DNA of 64,000 nucleotides from Eledone cirrhosa (taxonomy: Eukaryota). The position numbers and the translations under genes were made by a program. This document shows, piece after piece, positions 1 to 16,665 of the stretch. Within the stretch, counting starts at the first letter, position 1. Each line of letters begins with the position of its first letter. Where the stretch lies: positions 57,226,001-57,290,000 of the forward strand of contig OZ024743.1 of the NCBI GenBank assembly GCA_964016885.1. The letters run 5' to 3'. The notes under the pieces were generated by a model that saw nothing but the letters and a program-made list of their open reading frames with translations, was not told where the DNA came from and did not search any database.

Positions 1-60
1 CAGATCTTTTTGATTTTTTGAACAACTGGAATACTCGTCGTCGGAGGTCCAGCATACATA

Positions 61-381
61 CTCTCGGGTCTCTAATAATCGCTCCCGGCTTATTAATTTT
101 CCAGAGTCTCCCCCCCCCCTTATTGTTTTATGTTAAGTGGTAGCATTCCTGCGACAATTAATTTTCTCTAGACATTAAAAAAAACATTATACATGACAGA
201 AAAAGTAGATTACTAGAAAACCCATTCGTTATAAAATAAACAAGATGGGTTGGGGCCTCAACATGTGAACTAAACGACTAATTCTGGTTTTTTAAAAAAT
301 CAACGGAGACAACCTAGAAAAATAACCAATTTTCTACCCCACTCCTGCTTATTCCACTCCCTATTATTTGGGAACCGCGAG
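61..381. mobile_element. Tc1/mariner/pogo-type MITE
   Basis: Imperfect 19-bp TIRs (CTCTCGGGTCTCTAATAAT / ATTATTTGGGAACCGCGAG, 15/19 match) with TA on both sides; no coding capacity. Confidence 0.6.
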
Positions 382-664
382 TAGCTTCAATTTGTTTCAG
401 TAATGACGTGTTTTTGTACCAATTTGGTTAATTATTCACATATTTGTTGTCTTGTGTTGTACTAACGCATGTAATGATTTCAATCTTTATGCTTATGGGA
501 GTGGTGTTTTGTTTATGATATGAGGTGAGATAAGACCAATAACTACCCTGCTGAGATTTTTACTCAGAAGTCTTAGATCTTAATCAAGCTTTTTACCAAA
601 ATCGAACACCTTCGATTGGAACAGCTTGCTCATGAAAATAAATGTAAGTGGCTCAGCATTCCAC

Positions 665-955
665 ATATATTCTTTTTTTGTTTCGAGACCAGAATACTCA
701 TCAGGCTGGTGCGTATCCCGGTTTCGTAGCGTGAAGTGACTGAGAGTACAAGACTCCTTCTCTGTACAGGACGCCAGTCTATCGTAGGGTTAAACTCCCA
801 GCTATTGCTAGTACTCATTTACAGCTGAGTATAGTGGAGCAACGTAAAATGAAGTGTTTTGCTCAAGAATACAACACCCAACCCAATCCAGCAAATCGAA
901 CTCACGACATTATGATCGTAAGTCCAAGCCCCCTTTTCAGTAGGCCAGGCGCCTC
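665..955 (-). mobile_element. tRNA-derived SINE (V/Meta-like body)
   Basis: Minus strand has a tRNA-like head (B-box-like GAGTTCGATT), a TTCTTGAGCAAAACACTT...CTCAGCTGTAAATGAGTAC core and a GACTGGCGTCCTGT segment; related copies recur in the window. Ends approximate. Confidence 0.65.
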
Positions 956-1516
956 CACATTCCGCATACATATGTACACTTAACGTAACTCTCAGGGAGA
1001 TTTAGCATATCACTGTGTGACAAGGTTGGCCTTCCTGTTATAAGTATAGTCAAACAGACAGTTTTCCAAATAGTTCCATTTCATTCAGGTCGACATGAAA
1101 CTATGTTAAATGCAATTTACTGGAGATGTCACACAGTGGGATGGAACCCGAGATCCAATGATTGCGAAGCGAAAACCTTAACTATATTGCGTTCACAACG
1201 ACTACCTCCATAATTCATGAGACATACGAATCGGAAGTCGTTTTGGCGACACTTCACACAATCGATATTTCTCTATTCTATCTTCTGCCTGTATTTTCAA
1301 TGTTTCATTATCAAGAAGGCTGGCTATATCTGGTATGCATGCCCCAATCTTATCAATTGGTTTAGCGGTTGATTCTTTTATTTAGGCCAGTTGTCTAGTA
1401 ATCATCGTTCGAAACAATTGTGACCGGAAGACTATAATTAATGTAAATACCTATATAAATATTCAAGTCTATATAGCCTCCGGTTCTATCAAAACATTTC
1501 GTGGCGAAATTCTCAA

Positions 1517-2251
<735 letters not shown>

Positions 2252-2331
2252 GTAAACAGAAATAACAACACAATCGGTACAGTATATGGAAGAGATATAT
2301 TAGGTTAACGCTTGATATAGCAGGAAGAGGG

Positions 2332-2367
2332 TCTTAACGTTTCGGACGCTAGTCCTAAATCAGAAGA
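2332..2367 (-). ncRNA. Minimal type I hammerhead-like motif, variant core
   Basis: UCUU CUGAUUUA GGAC-uagc-GUCC GAAA CG UU AAGA: stem I UCUU/AAGA, stem II GGAC/GUCC, palindromic stem III ACGU; core differs from CUGANGA. Confidence 0.5.
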
Positions 2368-2499
2368 AAGAACGAGAAATACGATAGATTGAGGGGACAG
2401 GCGGGTTTTCTTTGATTCGTCTAAGTGGCATTATTGAAAAAATGAGAGGGACAATTCTTTTTAAAAAAGAGTTTTATAACGTATATAGAGTATATAAAG

Positions 2500-2543
2500 C
2501 ATTACCGGTTTCGATGTGTTAGTAAAATTCATCTTATCAAATG
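2500..2543 (-). ncRNA. Minimal type I hammerhead ribozyme (U3-A8 core)
   Basis: CAU UUGAUAA GAUG-loop-CAUC GAAA CCGG UA AUG; palindromic stem III ACCGGU; next to an inverted repeat (2545-2630 vs 2677-2752). Confidence 0.65.
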
Positions 2544-2819
2544 TTGAGGTAAGTTTTTTTTCATCTTCCTTGTTGAGAAGGGGACAAGAAAATGAACTCT
2601 TGTGTATGTAGAGAGGGGTGGTAGTAGGAACAATTTTGTTCTATGCGAAGAAACACAACTACCAACACTGCTGCTGCTACTACCACTCCCTCTCTGTACA
2701 CGAGAGTTCCTTTTCCAGTCTCCTCAACAAGATGAAAAAAACTTACCTCAAAACTTAATTTTAAATCTTTAATTTTTAATCCTTACTAATTCTTTTTAAT
2801 TGATAACATGAATTTGATA

Positions 2820-2876
<57 letters not shown>

Positions 2877-3084
2877 AGTGGAGCTTAGTAAAATCGAAGC
2901 TTTGGCTGTGGCCAAGCAAAGTCGACCTACGATAAGGAATGAGTAGCAAAGCACTCAATAAGGGTAGGTCCTTAGAGTAATAACATACGTTTAAATAGCT
3001 TGACAAATTGAAAATTGCGGTAGGCAAAACCCAACCATACAATACGAAAACAACGAAAGACTAATCAGATTAAAACAGACCTGC

Positions 3085-3320
3085 CCAGATCGGACGATAT
3101 TCTGCAATACGTTCGATATGTTTCTATGAATCCGAAATCATCTATCCAACTTACGTAACACGTAAGCTTGTGGTATTCCATGATCGAACAGGGGATTCAT
3201 TTCATCAACAGGCATTCCGTTCTTTTGCCTCAAACTGGTGTGAACATTAACTAAATGCGTCCGCCACAATAGACAGCCTTCAAACATTTCGTTGTCACGT
3301 GTTATTTCCAACAAGGGATA
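3085..3320 (-). pseudogene. Highly decayed mariner-like transposase fragment (tentative)
   Basis: Translation HLVNVHTSLRQKNGMPVDEMNPLFDHGIPQAYV loosely resembles mariner QLDEMHRKL..KRPALVNRKGPILLHDNARPHV, followed by an SSDLG (SPDLAP-like) remnant. Confidence 0.3.
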
Positions 3321-3364
3321 TATATATATATATATATATATCATTATTATTTAATACAGAAATG

Positions 3365-3590
3365 AGGACGGTGGATTGGCAGCAGTATCGGTAGAAGGTC
3401 GGACGCCATGCTTTGCAGCATAGAGTTACGGCCCTTTATGATCTGAGTTCAAATTCCGCCGAGGTTAACTATGGCCTTTCATCCTTACGGGGTCGATAAA
3501 ATAAAGTACCAGTCACGCACTGAGGTCGATTTAATCGACTTTCCCCTCCCCCCAAATCGATGGCCTTATGCCTAGATAAGAAACCATTAT
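3365..3590 (+). mobile_element. tRNA-derived SINE with Nin/Deu-like core
   Basis: B-box GAGTTCAAATTCC followed by GAGGTTAAC...GCCTTTCATCCTTACGGGGTCGATAAAATAAAGTACCAG; many related copies in the window. Confidence 0.75.
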
Positions 3591-3656
3591 TCAATACAGA
3601 AATGATTTCTTCAAAACTAGAATTGTTTCATTCGTATATATATATATATATCCATG

Positions 3657-3890
3657 TAGATCCCGAGTTAAATTGGGGTTAACCACAATAAATATGGTAC
3701 TCAATACATTAGTAAGGTGTGGACATCAGTATTTAACATAGAAATGGTTTCTACAGGACTAGAACTGTTTCATTCAGCAGGCATTTTTGATGATTTCATA
3801 AAATGAAACAGTTCTAGTCCTGTAGAAACCATTTCTATATTAAATATTGATGTTCACACTCTACTAATGTATCACACGTAACTCGGGATC
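3657..3890. mobile_element. Fold-back pLTR-like insert (family also at 28800-28985, fragments at 3595-3635 and 4098-4160)
   Basis: Palindromic arms around ~3790; the centre falls in a TGATGA-TTTC..AAT-GAAA-CAGTTC hammerhead-like core; microsatellite flanks. Confidence 0.6.
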
Positions 3891-5002
3891 TCTCTCTCTA
3901 TCTCTCTCACTCTCTCTCTCTCTATATATATACCTGTTGTCTCCCTATCCGAACTTTCATGATGAAAGACTTCTTTGAGAAACGTCGAACCTTCCTCCAG
4001 TTCCTCTATGCGTGAACCCAATATGACTGTGTAAATTTGCATCCCTCTGTTTGTTTTGTTTCTTTTTCAACCACACACACACACATATATATATAATCAT
4101 TTCAAATAGAAATGGCTTCTACAGGACTAGTACTGTTTCATTCAGTACTGTTTCATTCAGTAGTGAAATAACCCACTTCATATATTGAGTATTGAGCACT
4201 TGAATTTCATTGTGGTCTTCTTCCGTCACCAACGGAATACTCTCTCTCTTCCTCACACACACACACACGTGTACGTACGAATAAGCTTTCGTCAACGCAA
4301 TTTCGAAATCTTTGTCAACAAAATTATAATGGATATTATACTGAGCACATGTAGTAAATCTTTTATACATTCAATTTTCGTTGGTTTAATGTATTTAAAA
4401 ATGTTAATCTCTAACAATGTATTTATGTTTATATATGTATATATCATGTTTATAACTTGACTGTGAAAATAGGAAAAAACCGAGTACTGGATTTTATATA
4501 TCTTTACACAAATTTGTTTTTACACAACTGATGATAGATAGTTTCGAGGGAAGACAGTCTACTTCTCTTCTGTTATAATCTGTAGATAAAACATGTCTTC
4601 ACTGTTATAATCTCTAGATTAAATAAACTACTGAAACTTATTCAATAATATCAGTTGTTTAAACTGCTTTCAGAGATTTATATCCATTGAAAGAACGGCA
4701 TGAATTCTCTCTCTCATAGATATTTTCATCTCCTTTCATACTGTAACAGTCTACAAGTTGTGAGGCTCTTCACTTTCGTTTCCCACTAGCAATCACAAAA
4801 GCCCTGTAAAACAAAGGTTAGAGGAGTTTGTCATATACAAAACCCTCCCTCACGTGATTTAACAATGAAAAAAAAAAAAAAAAAAAAGAAATTAATTGAT
4901 AAAAGTGGTAAGATAGTTATAAATACGCCACCATTATTATTAGAAAAGGCATGCACATCACAACGTCCATTATCCGCATATATAGGGGAAACGTTGTAAT
5001 AT

Positions 5003-5187
5003 CAGACCTGTCTCCTCTCCCCGGGGAGATCTCCCTCCCACTTTGGGGTGAGTGAGAGATATCTTCTTTTGTGAAAATGGGTATAGCTTTCATTATGTAT
5101 CTCCCCATTTTGCCTAATTTCTCCACATTTTTGGGCACTTTTCTTCATGGTACTCTCTGTTTGGGTTTTGAGAGGTTGGCAGGTCTG
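5003..5187 (-). mobile_element. hAT-like MITE
   Basis: TIR CAGACCTG...CAGGTCTG flanked by a TAATAT direct repeat; second copy in the opposite orientation at 25082-25262. Confidence 0.7.
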
Positions 5188-5732
5188 TAATATGTCAAAA
5201 TCCAAAGAGAAATTAGACGTCAATAGCTGAGGAATACAATTACAGTAGGTTCGGTATTTTACTTCCTTATAGCATTACCGTATTTATTTGTGTATAATAC
5301 GATCTGCTTCTGAAGCTACTACTCCACTCAAAATAAACGACACTAAATTACATTCTTGTTTATAATATGACTCCACAGTACAGCTATATAATATATCATA
5401 TGTTTTTGTAGGCTTGTACCACGTTTTCCATCAAAATCTCGGTCTCATACATAATTCACCAAAATACTCAGACAACGAAACAACCGGATGTTTATTATTT
5501 TTTCTGCTCACTTGACATAATACGTTTTTAGTAATTTTCTATATGGTATTAGCTCAAATATTAAATATTGTTCATATATCGAATACCATTTGTAAACAAT
5601 TGTTACCAACACGTACTTAACAATCTCGCCATTTAAAATGAGTATTTTTAAGCTCAGTAAAAATGCCTGAAAACATGTATAATACAACCCTCCCCGTTTT
5701 CGTTCACAATGTCTCGTATTATAAATGAGAAA

Positions 5733-5950
5733 AGGGCGGAGCATTGGCAGTATCTGTAGAGCATCGGACAACATGCTGTGTGACATATATTTACGTCCCT
5801 TTACGCTTTGAGGTCAAATCCCGACGAGGTTAGTATTGCTTCGCATCCTTATAGCATTGCTTTTCATCGATAAAATAAAGTACCAGTAACGCACTGGGGT
5901 CGATTTAATCGACTTTCCTCTCCCATCAAATTGTTGGTCTTGTGTATAAT
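5733..5950 (+). mobile_element. SINE, Nin/Deu-like core
   Basis: Similar to 3365-3590 (GATAAAATAAAGTACCAGT...GGGGTCGATTTAATCGACTTT). Confidence 0.7.
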
Positions 5951-7399
5951 TGAGGAAAATAAAGTACATTTTGTAGTTAAATCTGAAGACGAGAGGTGTA
6001 CCCACAGCCTCTGGTATCCCTCCACACTCTGGTGAGACTAGTGTGGTTAATGTTCAACTAGTCAACATCCATCGAAAAGGTGTGAAATACCAGAATATTG
6101 CAACGTTTGTAGTTTTAGAGATTAACTATTAGGAAAGGTAATTACTTTGGTGTTAGACAGAGTTGGCATGAAGGGTAAATTTAGTGGGGTTTATGGAGTA
6201 GAACATAGCTTGTTGGTTTATAGAAGTAGATACCATTGTAGTGTCAGTAGGTACGTCGGTTAGCTAATGGTTGTAGTTTATTTTTGCATGAATCCTTGAT
6301 ATATTACTGTTCAGAGTTCCAGTCCTATCCCAGCTGTTTTCTAAAATGAAAAATGAAATTAAAATGAAATTTAATTTACAGTTCACACCTATGATGATTT
6401 AGTTGGCCCTCTATGAGGTTGCATCCAATAGGACGTCTATCAGATATTTTAATGATAAGATCCCTCGTCCTATCACGGAGAGCAACGTAAAATGAAGCGG
6501 CTTTCTCAAAAACATAACGCTTCACTCTGTCCAGGAATTGAAACTACGACCTTACGAGTGTGTCCAACCAATACGCTCTGCGTCTTTATTAAACTGTTAT
6601 TAATATCTACATGTGACTGTTTTGTGTCGTTTCCCAACTTCCTATTTCATCGCAGAGAGTTGTCTTCCCCGTTGAAATAGGAAATTGTGAAGTTTGTTTT
6701 GCCAAAGCCATCAAACAGGAAAGGACCTCTCTCAGTAATTTTCTCTTACCTAAAACTGACATAAGCGGAAAATATTATTGACGGAAGAGACAACTGAAAA
6801 ATGAAAAATTAAGAAAACAGCAAAAAAAGAAAAAGAAAAAAGATAGTAATGTACTGAGATAAAGGAAGAAAAGTTAGTGTTTTGTGAGGTCAACACTTGA
6901 AATGTTTGACAGGTATACTTAGTGAAATGGTTTGAGAAGTATATTTAGTATTTTTTTAAAAAATAATGACATCTGAACGCAGGCTTAAGAATCACTGAGA
7001 AATATTACACATGAGTTCTGTGACTGGTAAAAGTAGTTTGTGAAAAATCTATGTTTAGATTGTAGTGAAGCAATGAAACGTACTGGGTCATTTAAATCGA
7101 TGACATTAAATACTTTTCTCTTGCTTTTCTCTTTCTAGAATATTCTTTTAAAATACTGAAAATCCCGTTCATTTTTTATTTTTATTTTTCCTAATTTTGT
7201 TTTACCGTGAAGATGTTCGAATCTATGGTAGTGATCTTTAAACTTAGTGATAACAGTTGGTGGTGTTTTATTATCAGTTAAATAGTTGGAGGGTCATTTA
7301 ATAATTCATTCTAGTGTCATACTTTCTCGTATACATATTTTATCCCCAGATAAAGCATCAACTTCAATTTTAAATTAACTATCCCTAACAAATGTACAG

Positions 7400-7945
7400 A
7401 AAACGAGCGACCGTAGTCTTTCTCTTAGACGTCTCTTCACTTTATCTAGACAACCAGAACTCCAAATTCTCCAGTAAACATGGGACCTATAGCACTTAAA
7501 AATCTTACTCACATTTTCTTTTACTAATCACCATCACCCTTTCTGTAGAACTCTATCATCTGGGTTCCCTCTTGAGAAGGTTGGCAAAATCAAAGTCGCT
7601 TAACCTAATATTTCTAAAACATTTGATCATGTGTAGCAGTAGAGGGAGGCTTAACTGGCCTACATCCCTGGCTTGGCTATACAGGGACCATTAAGTGACC
7701 TATGTCCTCCAGTTTGGACTCAGAAGGGCAATTAAGTGACTTACCTGTATTTATCAGAACATTGAATAATTATGAGATGGCATTCTTAAGATGGCATGGA
7801 GGTAAAGCCGATATTAATTGGTGTACGCCCGATAACGTGGCAGCACAGGGTTTATTGATTCACCTTCATCCTCATGAATTAGCTACCTACCAATAAACTT
7901 TTTCTGCCTCGCATCTTTTGGATTGGATTTCTTTCTGTTAGACCA
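7400..7945 (+). pseudogene. Decayed CR1/Jockey-group RT fragment interrupted by a ~200-bp insert
   Basis: Remnant of LDISKAFDRVWH..GLL (atttctaaaacatttgatcatgtgtagca ... cagggtttattgattcacctt), split at ~7639-7843. Confidence 0.4.
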
Positions 7946-8084
7946 CACCACCTTAATGTATGCCTACCGAGCCTTCTGACCTATACTAGCAATTAAGGCC
8001 AATTCCAAAGCTTTGGTTATGTATCATACACGCTTCTTTCAGTGCATCAACCAGCTGCTTACTTTCTCATTCAATAACATTCTC

Positions 8085-8400
8085 TTGTATGTAGTTGGCG
8101 GTACCGACGATAAGTGCTCCAATTGTATGAACAACGGAACAGTTTGTTCGTGAAATGAACGTGCAAATGAGTGAACCTTCCACAAACACATGTACATTTA
8201 AAGTTGTTCGCATGTAGATTCAGCGTAACACATAGTTTGACAAGGTATGCACTTCCAATTATAGGCACAACTAATTTTTTGCTAGCTGAGTATATTGGAA
8301 CAACGTGAAATAAACTGTTTTGCTCAAAGATACAACACGCTGTCGGGAAACGAACTCAAACTCGCGACCTTACGATACTGAGCCAAATACCCTAACCCCA
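8085..8400 (-). mobile_element. tRNA-derived SINE
   Basis: Same core as 665-955 (gctgagtatattggaacaacgtgaaataaactgttttgctcaa on the + strand) with a tRNA-like head near 8400. Confidence 0.6.
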
Positions 8401-9017
8401 AAGCCTTTCCTAATAAAACAATTGTAGTTTTCATTAATATATTTTCTCTGATAAAATCTTTTTAATTAAGAATAACTAAACAGTAATTTGTTCCAGATCA
8501 TTACCTATAAATTTCTGATAATGAATATCGATTTCTTATGTATGTATAGAAAAAGATCTCTGAAATGTATGGAGGAAAGAGATTGTGTGACGTTCATACC
8601 TTTCTGAACAGCATCAAAATATATATAGTAATATATAGATTACATTCCACTGAAGCAGAATCAACATTATTATAGTAGTTTGAGGTGGATTATAGAATAT
8701 GAGTTAACACAAATATGGCCGAATGTTTAAGAAATTCGCTTCCCAATTATTAATTTTCGGTTTTGATCTGACTGCGTGGCATCTTTGGCAAGTGTTTTTA
8801 CTGTTTGAAAGCGCGTAATTCAACGGTGAATTTCACTGAGAATTACGTTATGGGTACACGTGCCTGTGAAATACTAAGTCATTTGTGAGTGATTTCATTT
8901 TCCTGTGCTGGCTATTCGGATGATCGATCTACTCAAACACTTTTGTTGAAACATAGGGACGTTCATTCGATATATAAATAAATATATATATATATTACAC
9001 GTGTCAATCTGTATGTA

Positions 9018-9093
<76 letters not shown>

Positions 9094-9212
9094 TATATAT
9101 ATGTTGAATACCTCAGATATTCTGAATACCTCAGATATTCAAAACAACGAACAGCGGAGGAAACGTTTCGCACCTTTCCGACAGACAACCTCCCCCCCAC
9201 CCCGGAAAAAAA

Positions 9213-9248
9213 CCCCAGTTGATGGATGTGAATCCGAAATATATAGGG
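9213..9248 (+). ncRNA. Degenerate hammerhead relic in a TA-flanked insert (9103-9504)
   Basis: CCC CAGUUGAU GGAU-guga-AUCC GAAA UAUA UA GGG; stems intact, core mutated. Confidence 0.4.
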
Positions 9249-9501
9249 ACAATTAAATCTCTCCCAAGGTAACTCTCTCTCGTGTTGTTATTTTTATTTT
9301 TATGCTTTACGCTCTTTCCTTCATTCCTCTACACGTCTTATACACACCACGCATCTCAACGTACACCCACATACATCTATCTCTCCACCACCGGATCTTG
9401 TTACCCGGAGATTTACCCATTTGCATTGTCGAGGCTTCCAAACGACTTAAAATTTTTTACCTTATTATTCCACAATGCTTCAAGCAGACTTCAATACTCT
9501 C

Positions 9502-9504
<3 letters not shown>

Positions 9505-9594
<90 letters not shown>

Positions 9595-9629
9595 TAAATA
9601 TAGATAGATAGATAGATAGATAGATAAAT

Positions 9630-9664
<35 letters not shown>

Positions 9665-9733
9665 GATATATATATATATATAGATAGATATAGATATATA
9701 TATATAGATAGATATAGATATAGATATATATAT

Positions 9734-9772
<39 letters not shown>

Positions 9773-9817
9773 TAGATAGATAGATAGATATATAGATATA
9801 TATATATATATATATAT

Positions 9818-9850
<33 letters not shown>

Positions 9851-9859
9851 TATATATAT

Positions 9860-9894
<35 letters not shown>

Positions 9895-10189
9895 TAGATA
9901 TATATATAGATATATATATATATAGATATATATATATATAGATAGATATATATATAGATAGATATATAAATAGATAGATATATATATAGATATATATATA
10001 TATATATATATATAGATATATATATATAGATATATATATATATATAGATAGATATATATATATATATAGATAGATAGATATATATAGATAGATAGATATA
10101 GATATATATATATATATATATATATATAGATATATATATATATATATATATATATAGATATATATATATATAGATATATATATATATAT

Positions 10190-10250
<61 letters not shown>

Positions 10251-10371
10251 TATATGTATATATATATAGATAGATATATGTATATATATGTATGTATATA
10301 TATATATATATATATATGCATGTATATATATATATATATGTATGTATATATATATATATATATGTATGTAT

Positions 10372-10467
<96 letters not shown>

Positions 10468-10507
10468 ATATATATATATGTATATATATATATGTATATA
10501 TATGTAT
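9505..10507. repeat. Compound microsatellite (TA)n/(GA)n/(TAGA)n/(TATG)n
   Basis: Directly visible; source of spurious YIYI ORFs. Confidence 0.98.
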
Positions 10508-10906
10508 GACCCCTTAGCCTTTGTCAAGGCAGAATTCTAGGAGAAGGAAAACTCTGATATAACACCTGCAACCCTGATGTATCCAATGATGTTGACTTGT
10601 TCTTCTTTTTGGTAAATATCATCTTGGTTAAGAGAGTGGGACTGGCTTTGTGCAGTGCCTTTGCTCACTATAAAGGCTTCACGGCACAGGCATTGCTTTA
10701 TATCTGGAGATCTCTCTACACTTGTCGTCACATGGTACCATGGGCCCAGCACTATGTGTCAATAATTGTCACAGGTGTAGTGTTTGTACCAGAGTTTTCA
10801 AGTCGCTGGCTGGACTAAAAAGTCACACTCGTTCAGCGTATCGGTAGAGGTTCTCCTACATGGATATAAAGTAGTGGCCGTACTCGAAAACGAGTTGGCA
10901 GCCACC
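10508..10906 (+). mobile_element. RTE 5'-UTR fragment
   Basis: Homologous to 37826-38000 (tctaggagaaggaaaactctga...tgatgttgac...agagagtgggactgg...gcacaggcat). Confidence 0.6.
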
Positions 10907-10931
10907 ATATATATGTATATATATATATATG

Positions 10932-11013
<82 letters not shown>

Positions 11014-11348
11014 GTAGATAAATCTACCAAGAGTTTACGGTAGTGTCCAATCCGTATGAAGAACTCAATGTATTCCGGATATCATGGAAAGAAGAGATGT
11101 AATGAAAAACCACTTTCGGTGAAAGATAAACGGTATACAGAGTCAAGATAAAATATTAAACAAATAATGAATAAACAATTCCTTATATTAAACAAAAAAA
11201 GTTCATTATTTAACGATCGTTTCTAGGATATATATGTGTTAGAATTGGTATGCATATTCAACAGATCTATATACAAAATTATACAAAATTATACAAATTA
11301 TCAAGATTAAATATACATACCAAACACATATATACGCCGTCTTCAGAA

Positions 11349-11414
<66 letters not shown>

Positions 11415-11642
11415 ATATATATATATGTGTATATAAATTTATGCATATATATGTATATATATATTTATTAAAATAACAGATTAAGTTTAAGCAAAGAATC
11501 GCTGCTTTCACCCTTAACGGGATTTTCGAATTTATTATTATTACTATATGTATATATATATATATGGATATATATATGTATATATATATGTATATATATA
11601 TGTATATATTTATATGTATATATTTATATGTATATATATATA

Positions 11643-13723
<2,081 letters not shown>

Positions 13724-13732
13724 ATATATATA

Positions 13733-13880
13733 GATTTTGAGTATATGTTGGTTGTATATCAACACCTCAGTATGCAGGCTGGAGCACTCGACGAAGTGCG
13801 CAGGTTGGTTTGGTTACTCCGGAGTAATGTAAAATATATAGCAGTAATAAAAGAAGCTAAATTTTAAACATTTGACTTTT
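13733..13880. mobile_element. Short rearranged copy of the 36462-37008 hammerhead element family
   Basis: Near-identical to 36465-36560 joined to an inverted piece starting at hammerhead stem III (aaatatatagcagt); another copy at 15715-15865. Confidence 0.75.
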
Positions 13881-13919
<39 letters not shown>

Positions 13920-14098
13920 ATATATATATGTATACGTAGCGTATTTGAACATAGTATGCACACAAAATATCGCACAGACTATAATGTTTAGGATAGTCAA
14001 AGGAAGGTGGATTATAGTTGAAACATTTGGTTCTAGTATATTACTGCTATTAACAGATGAAAGAGAATTTAGAGCTTGAGCTGTATAGGATATATATA

Positions 14099-14206
<108 letters not shown>

Positions 14207-14449
14207 ATGTTAGTTTTAGTGTGTCACCTATCTTTTTCTCTGTAAACACACAAAAAACATCATATTTATATATGGTAGGGGAAATATAGCAGCATAATAT
14301 CCAACCGTGATATTCCTGTGGGGTTTAAAGATGTAAGTGATTATAAAATATCAACATCAAACAACATTAGTGGATGTGGGAGGCTTGGTGTTGGTAAGGG
14401 GTGTTGTTTTGGTAGTGGTGGTGGATAGAATCAATGTAAAGACTAAACT

Positions 14450-15090
14450 GGACCACAACAACAACAGTTACAATAACAGCAACATTAGGAGTTACTATTG
14501 TTGCAGCAGCAGAGGCAGCAGCAGCAGCAATAAAAGTAACAACAAAAGCACCAGCAGCAGTGGCAGTAGCAACACAAACACAGCATATGTAGGAAACACA
14601 GTAGCAGCAGAAGGCACAGCAGCAGTAGCAGCAGCAACAGCTTCGGTAGCAGCAGATACCAACAACTTAGTATCAGCAGCAGCAGCAGCAGTATCAGCAG
14701 CAGCAGCAGCAACAGCAGCTGCAATATCAGCAGCATAACAGCATTGCTAGGAGGAACAACAGTAGCAGCAACAATATTAGTAGCAACAACATTATTGACA
14801 ACAACAACAGCAGCAACAACAGCAACAGCAGCACTCCACCTTCACTTGCAAAATCATTAGCAGCTGCAGCAGTAGAAAACGCAACTAAGCAGCAACAGCA
14901 GCAGCAGCAACGGCAGCAGCAGTATCACTAGCAACAGTATTAGCATCAGCGGCAATATCAACAGTACAGCATCTGTAGCAGCAACAGCAGTAACAGCAGC
15001 AGTAACAGCAGCAGCCTCATCAGCAGTAACCTCAGCAGTAACTTCAGCAGTAACAGCAGCAGCACCAGTAGCGCCAAAAATAAGAACCAG
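14450..15090. repeat. Degenerate (CAG/CAA)n low-complexity tract
   Basis: AGC/AAC triplet runs; poly-S/A/L ORFs without domain features. Confidence 0.9.
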
Positions 15091-15139
15091 CATGGGAACC
15101 AAATTTCTCACATAGCAACCGGGAGTACGTTATCAAACT

Positions 15140-15244
15140 GACATTGAGTACATGCCGACAGTGGTGATATGTCTATAAGTGACATTTCGTCAGCAGTCAT
15201 AGTATACCTGTGAAGTGACACTTCGTCGAAAGTGGTGATGTATA

Positions 15245-15245
<1 letters not shown>
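15140..15245 (+). repeat. Ancient ~35-bp minisatellite remnant (other pieces at 16130-16400 and 19318-19490)
   Basis: Recurring unit similar to GTCGACAGTGGTGATATGTCTATAAGTGACACTTC. Confidence 0.6.
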
Positions 15246-15314
<69 letters not shown>

Positions 15315-15861
15315 GTAATAATAATACATTTGAAGACTAAAATCCAAAGAGGGCTCGATAAGGATAAATATATATCAAATATATAAGAACCGTAGAGCAA
15401 ATATTTATTTATAACGAAGGAAGTGTGGTAAGGAACCATGTGGACCATAACGCACCAGAGTACTTTGGGTAGTAGAGTGAGTAATAGGAAGAGATATGTA
15501 TGTATATATGTATATGTATGTATATAAGTATAGTGCATGTATATATATATATGCCACCAGTTCTTTGAGAAAACAACACCACACTTTGGGACTGGGCATA
15601 TATCAAAGGACCGAATAACGGAGGTAAACTTTGTTCCACCATTATGTTTTTCTGTTCAAGTTCTAGATGGCTGATGATATAATAGCTGTTGGATAATGGT
15701 TATATATTGCAGCGGATATGAAAAAGCGAAGTTAATTTTAACCTGTTGACTTACACTTCTTGTTTTTAAATTACTTCGGAGTAAACAGACCCACCTGCGC
15801 ACTTCGTTGAGTGCTCTAACCTACATACTGAAGTATTAGTAAACAACCAACACATACTCAA

Positions 15862-15970
<109 letters not shown>

Positions 15971-16384
15971 TACATATATCGACAGTCGATCGACTTACGT
16001 CAAATCGGACCGAGGAAACAATGTTTCCGTTGGTCTTTTCAATTGCTAATACTATCTATCGGTCGCAACTCCAGGTAGAAGGAGCAACGTGAAGTTACGG
16101 TTCCGTTTATACATACATATAAAGAGGGCGACAGTGATAATTCGTTGACTGTAGTTGTTTGTCGACAGTAGTGGCATGTCAGTAAAAGATATCAATATAC
16201 ATGTAAGTATAGGACAGCAGTAGTGATACGTCTCTGACACTCTGTCGACAGAAATGCTATGCCTGTGATACTTGATATCAATAGTCTTATGTCTGCAAGT
16301 GAGAATAATCCAACAGTGGTAATATTTTTGACAGCTAACAATGTTTGTAAATAAATGTCAGCAGTAGAAGTATATCTATTGTGT

Positions 16385-16665
16385 TGTAACTTCGGCAGTT
16401 CTGTCAACGCGTGTTCCAGTTAATTCGAAAAACAGGACAGCCTGCATGTGAAATATGGCACGTATGGCTGAGCAATTGACAGATACGTGCATTTCAACGT
16501 AGTTCTCAGAGAGATTCAACGTGGCACAGAGTTCAATAAGGTACCCCTTTGAATTCGTGGTATAACTCATTTTTACAAGATGAGTGGATTAGAGCAACAT
16601 AAAATATAGTACTTTTCTCAAGGACAAAGTGCTAAAGGCAATCGAATTAATGAACATGCGATCAA
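16385..16665 (-). mobile_element. tRNA-derived SINE
   Basis: Reverse complement of the 44768-45035 family (cgtgttccagt..., caacgtagttctcagagagattcaacgtggcac). Confidence 0.6.

Noticed and set aside
3365-3460. tRNA genes at SINE heads
   Set aside because: Only A/B-box remnants attached to SINE cores; no cloverleaf.
4520-4580. Minus-strand CAGAAGA...CTC-GAAA hammerhead-like motif
   Set aside because: Poor stem II, mutated core, not in a TA-flanked insert; may be chance.
6000-6480. Possible LINE RT relic
   Set aside because: Too decayed to assign any motif confidently.
14337-15111. Poly-Ala/Ser/Leu ORFs
   Set aside because: Degenerate CAG/CAA microsatellite with no splice or domain support.
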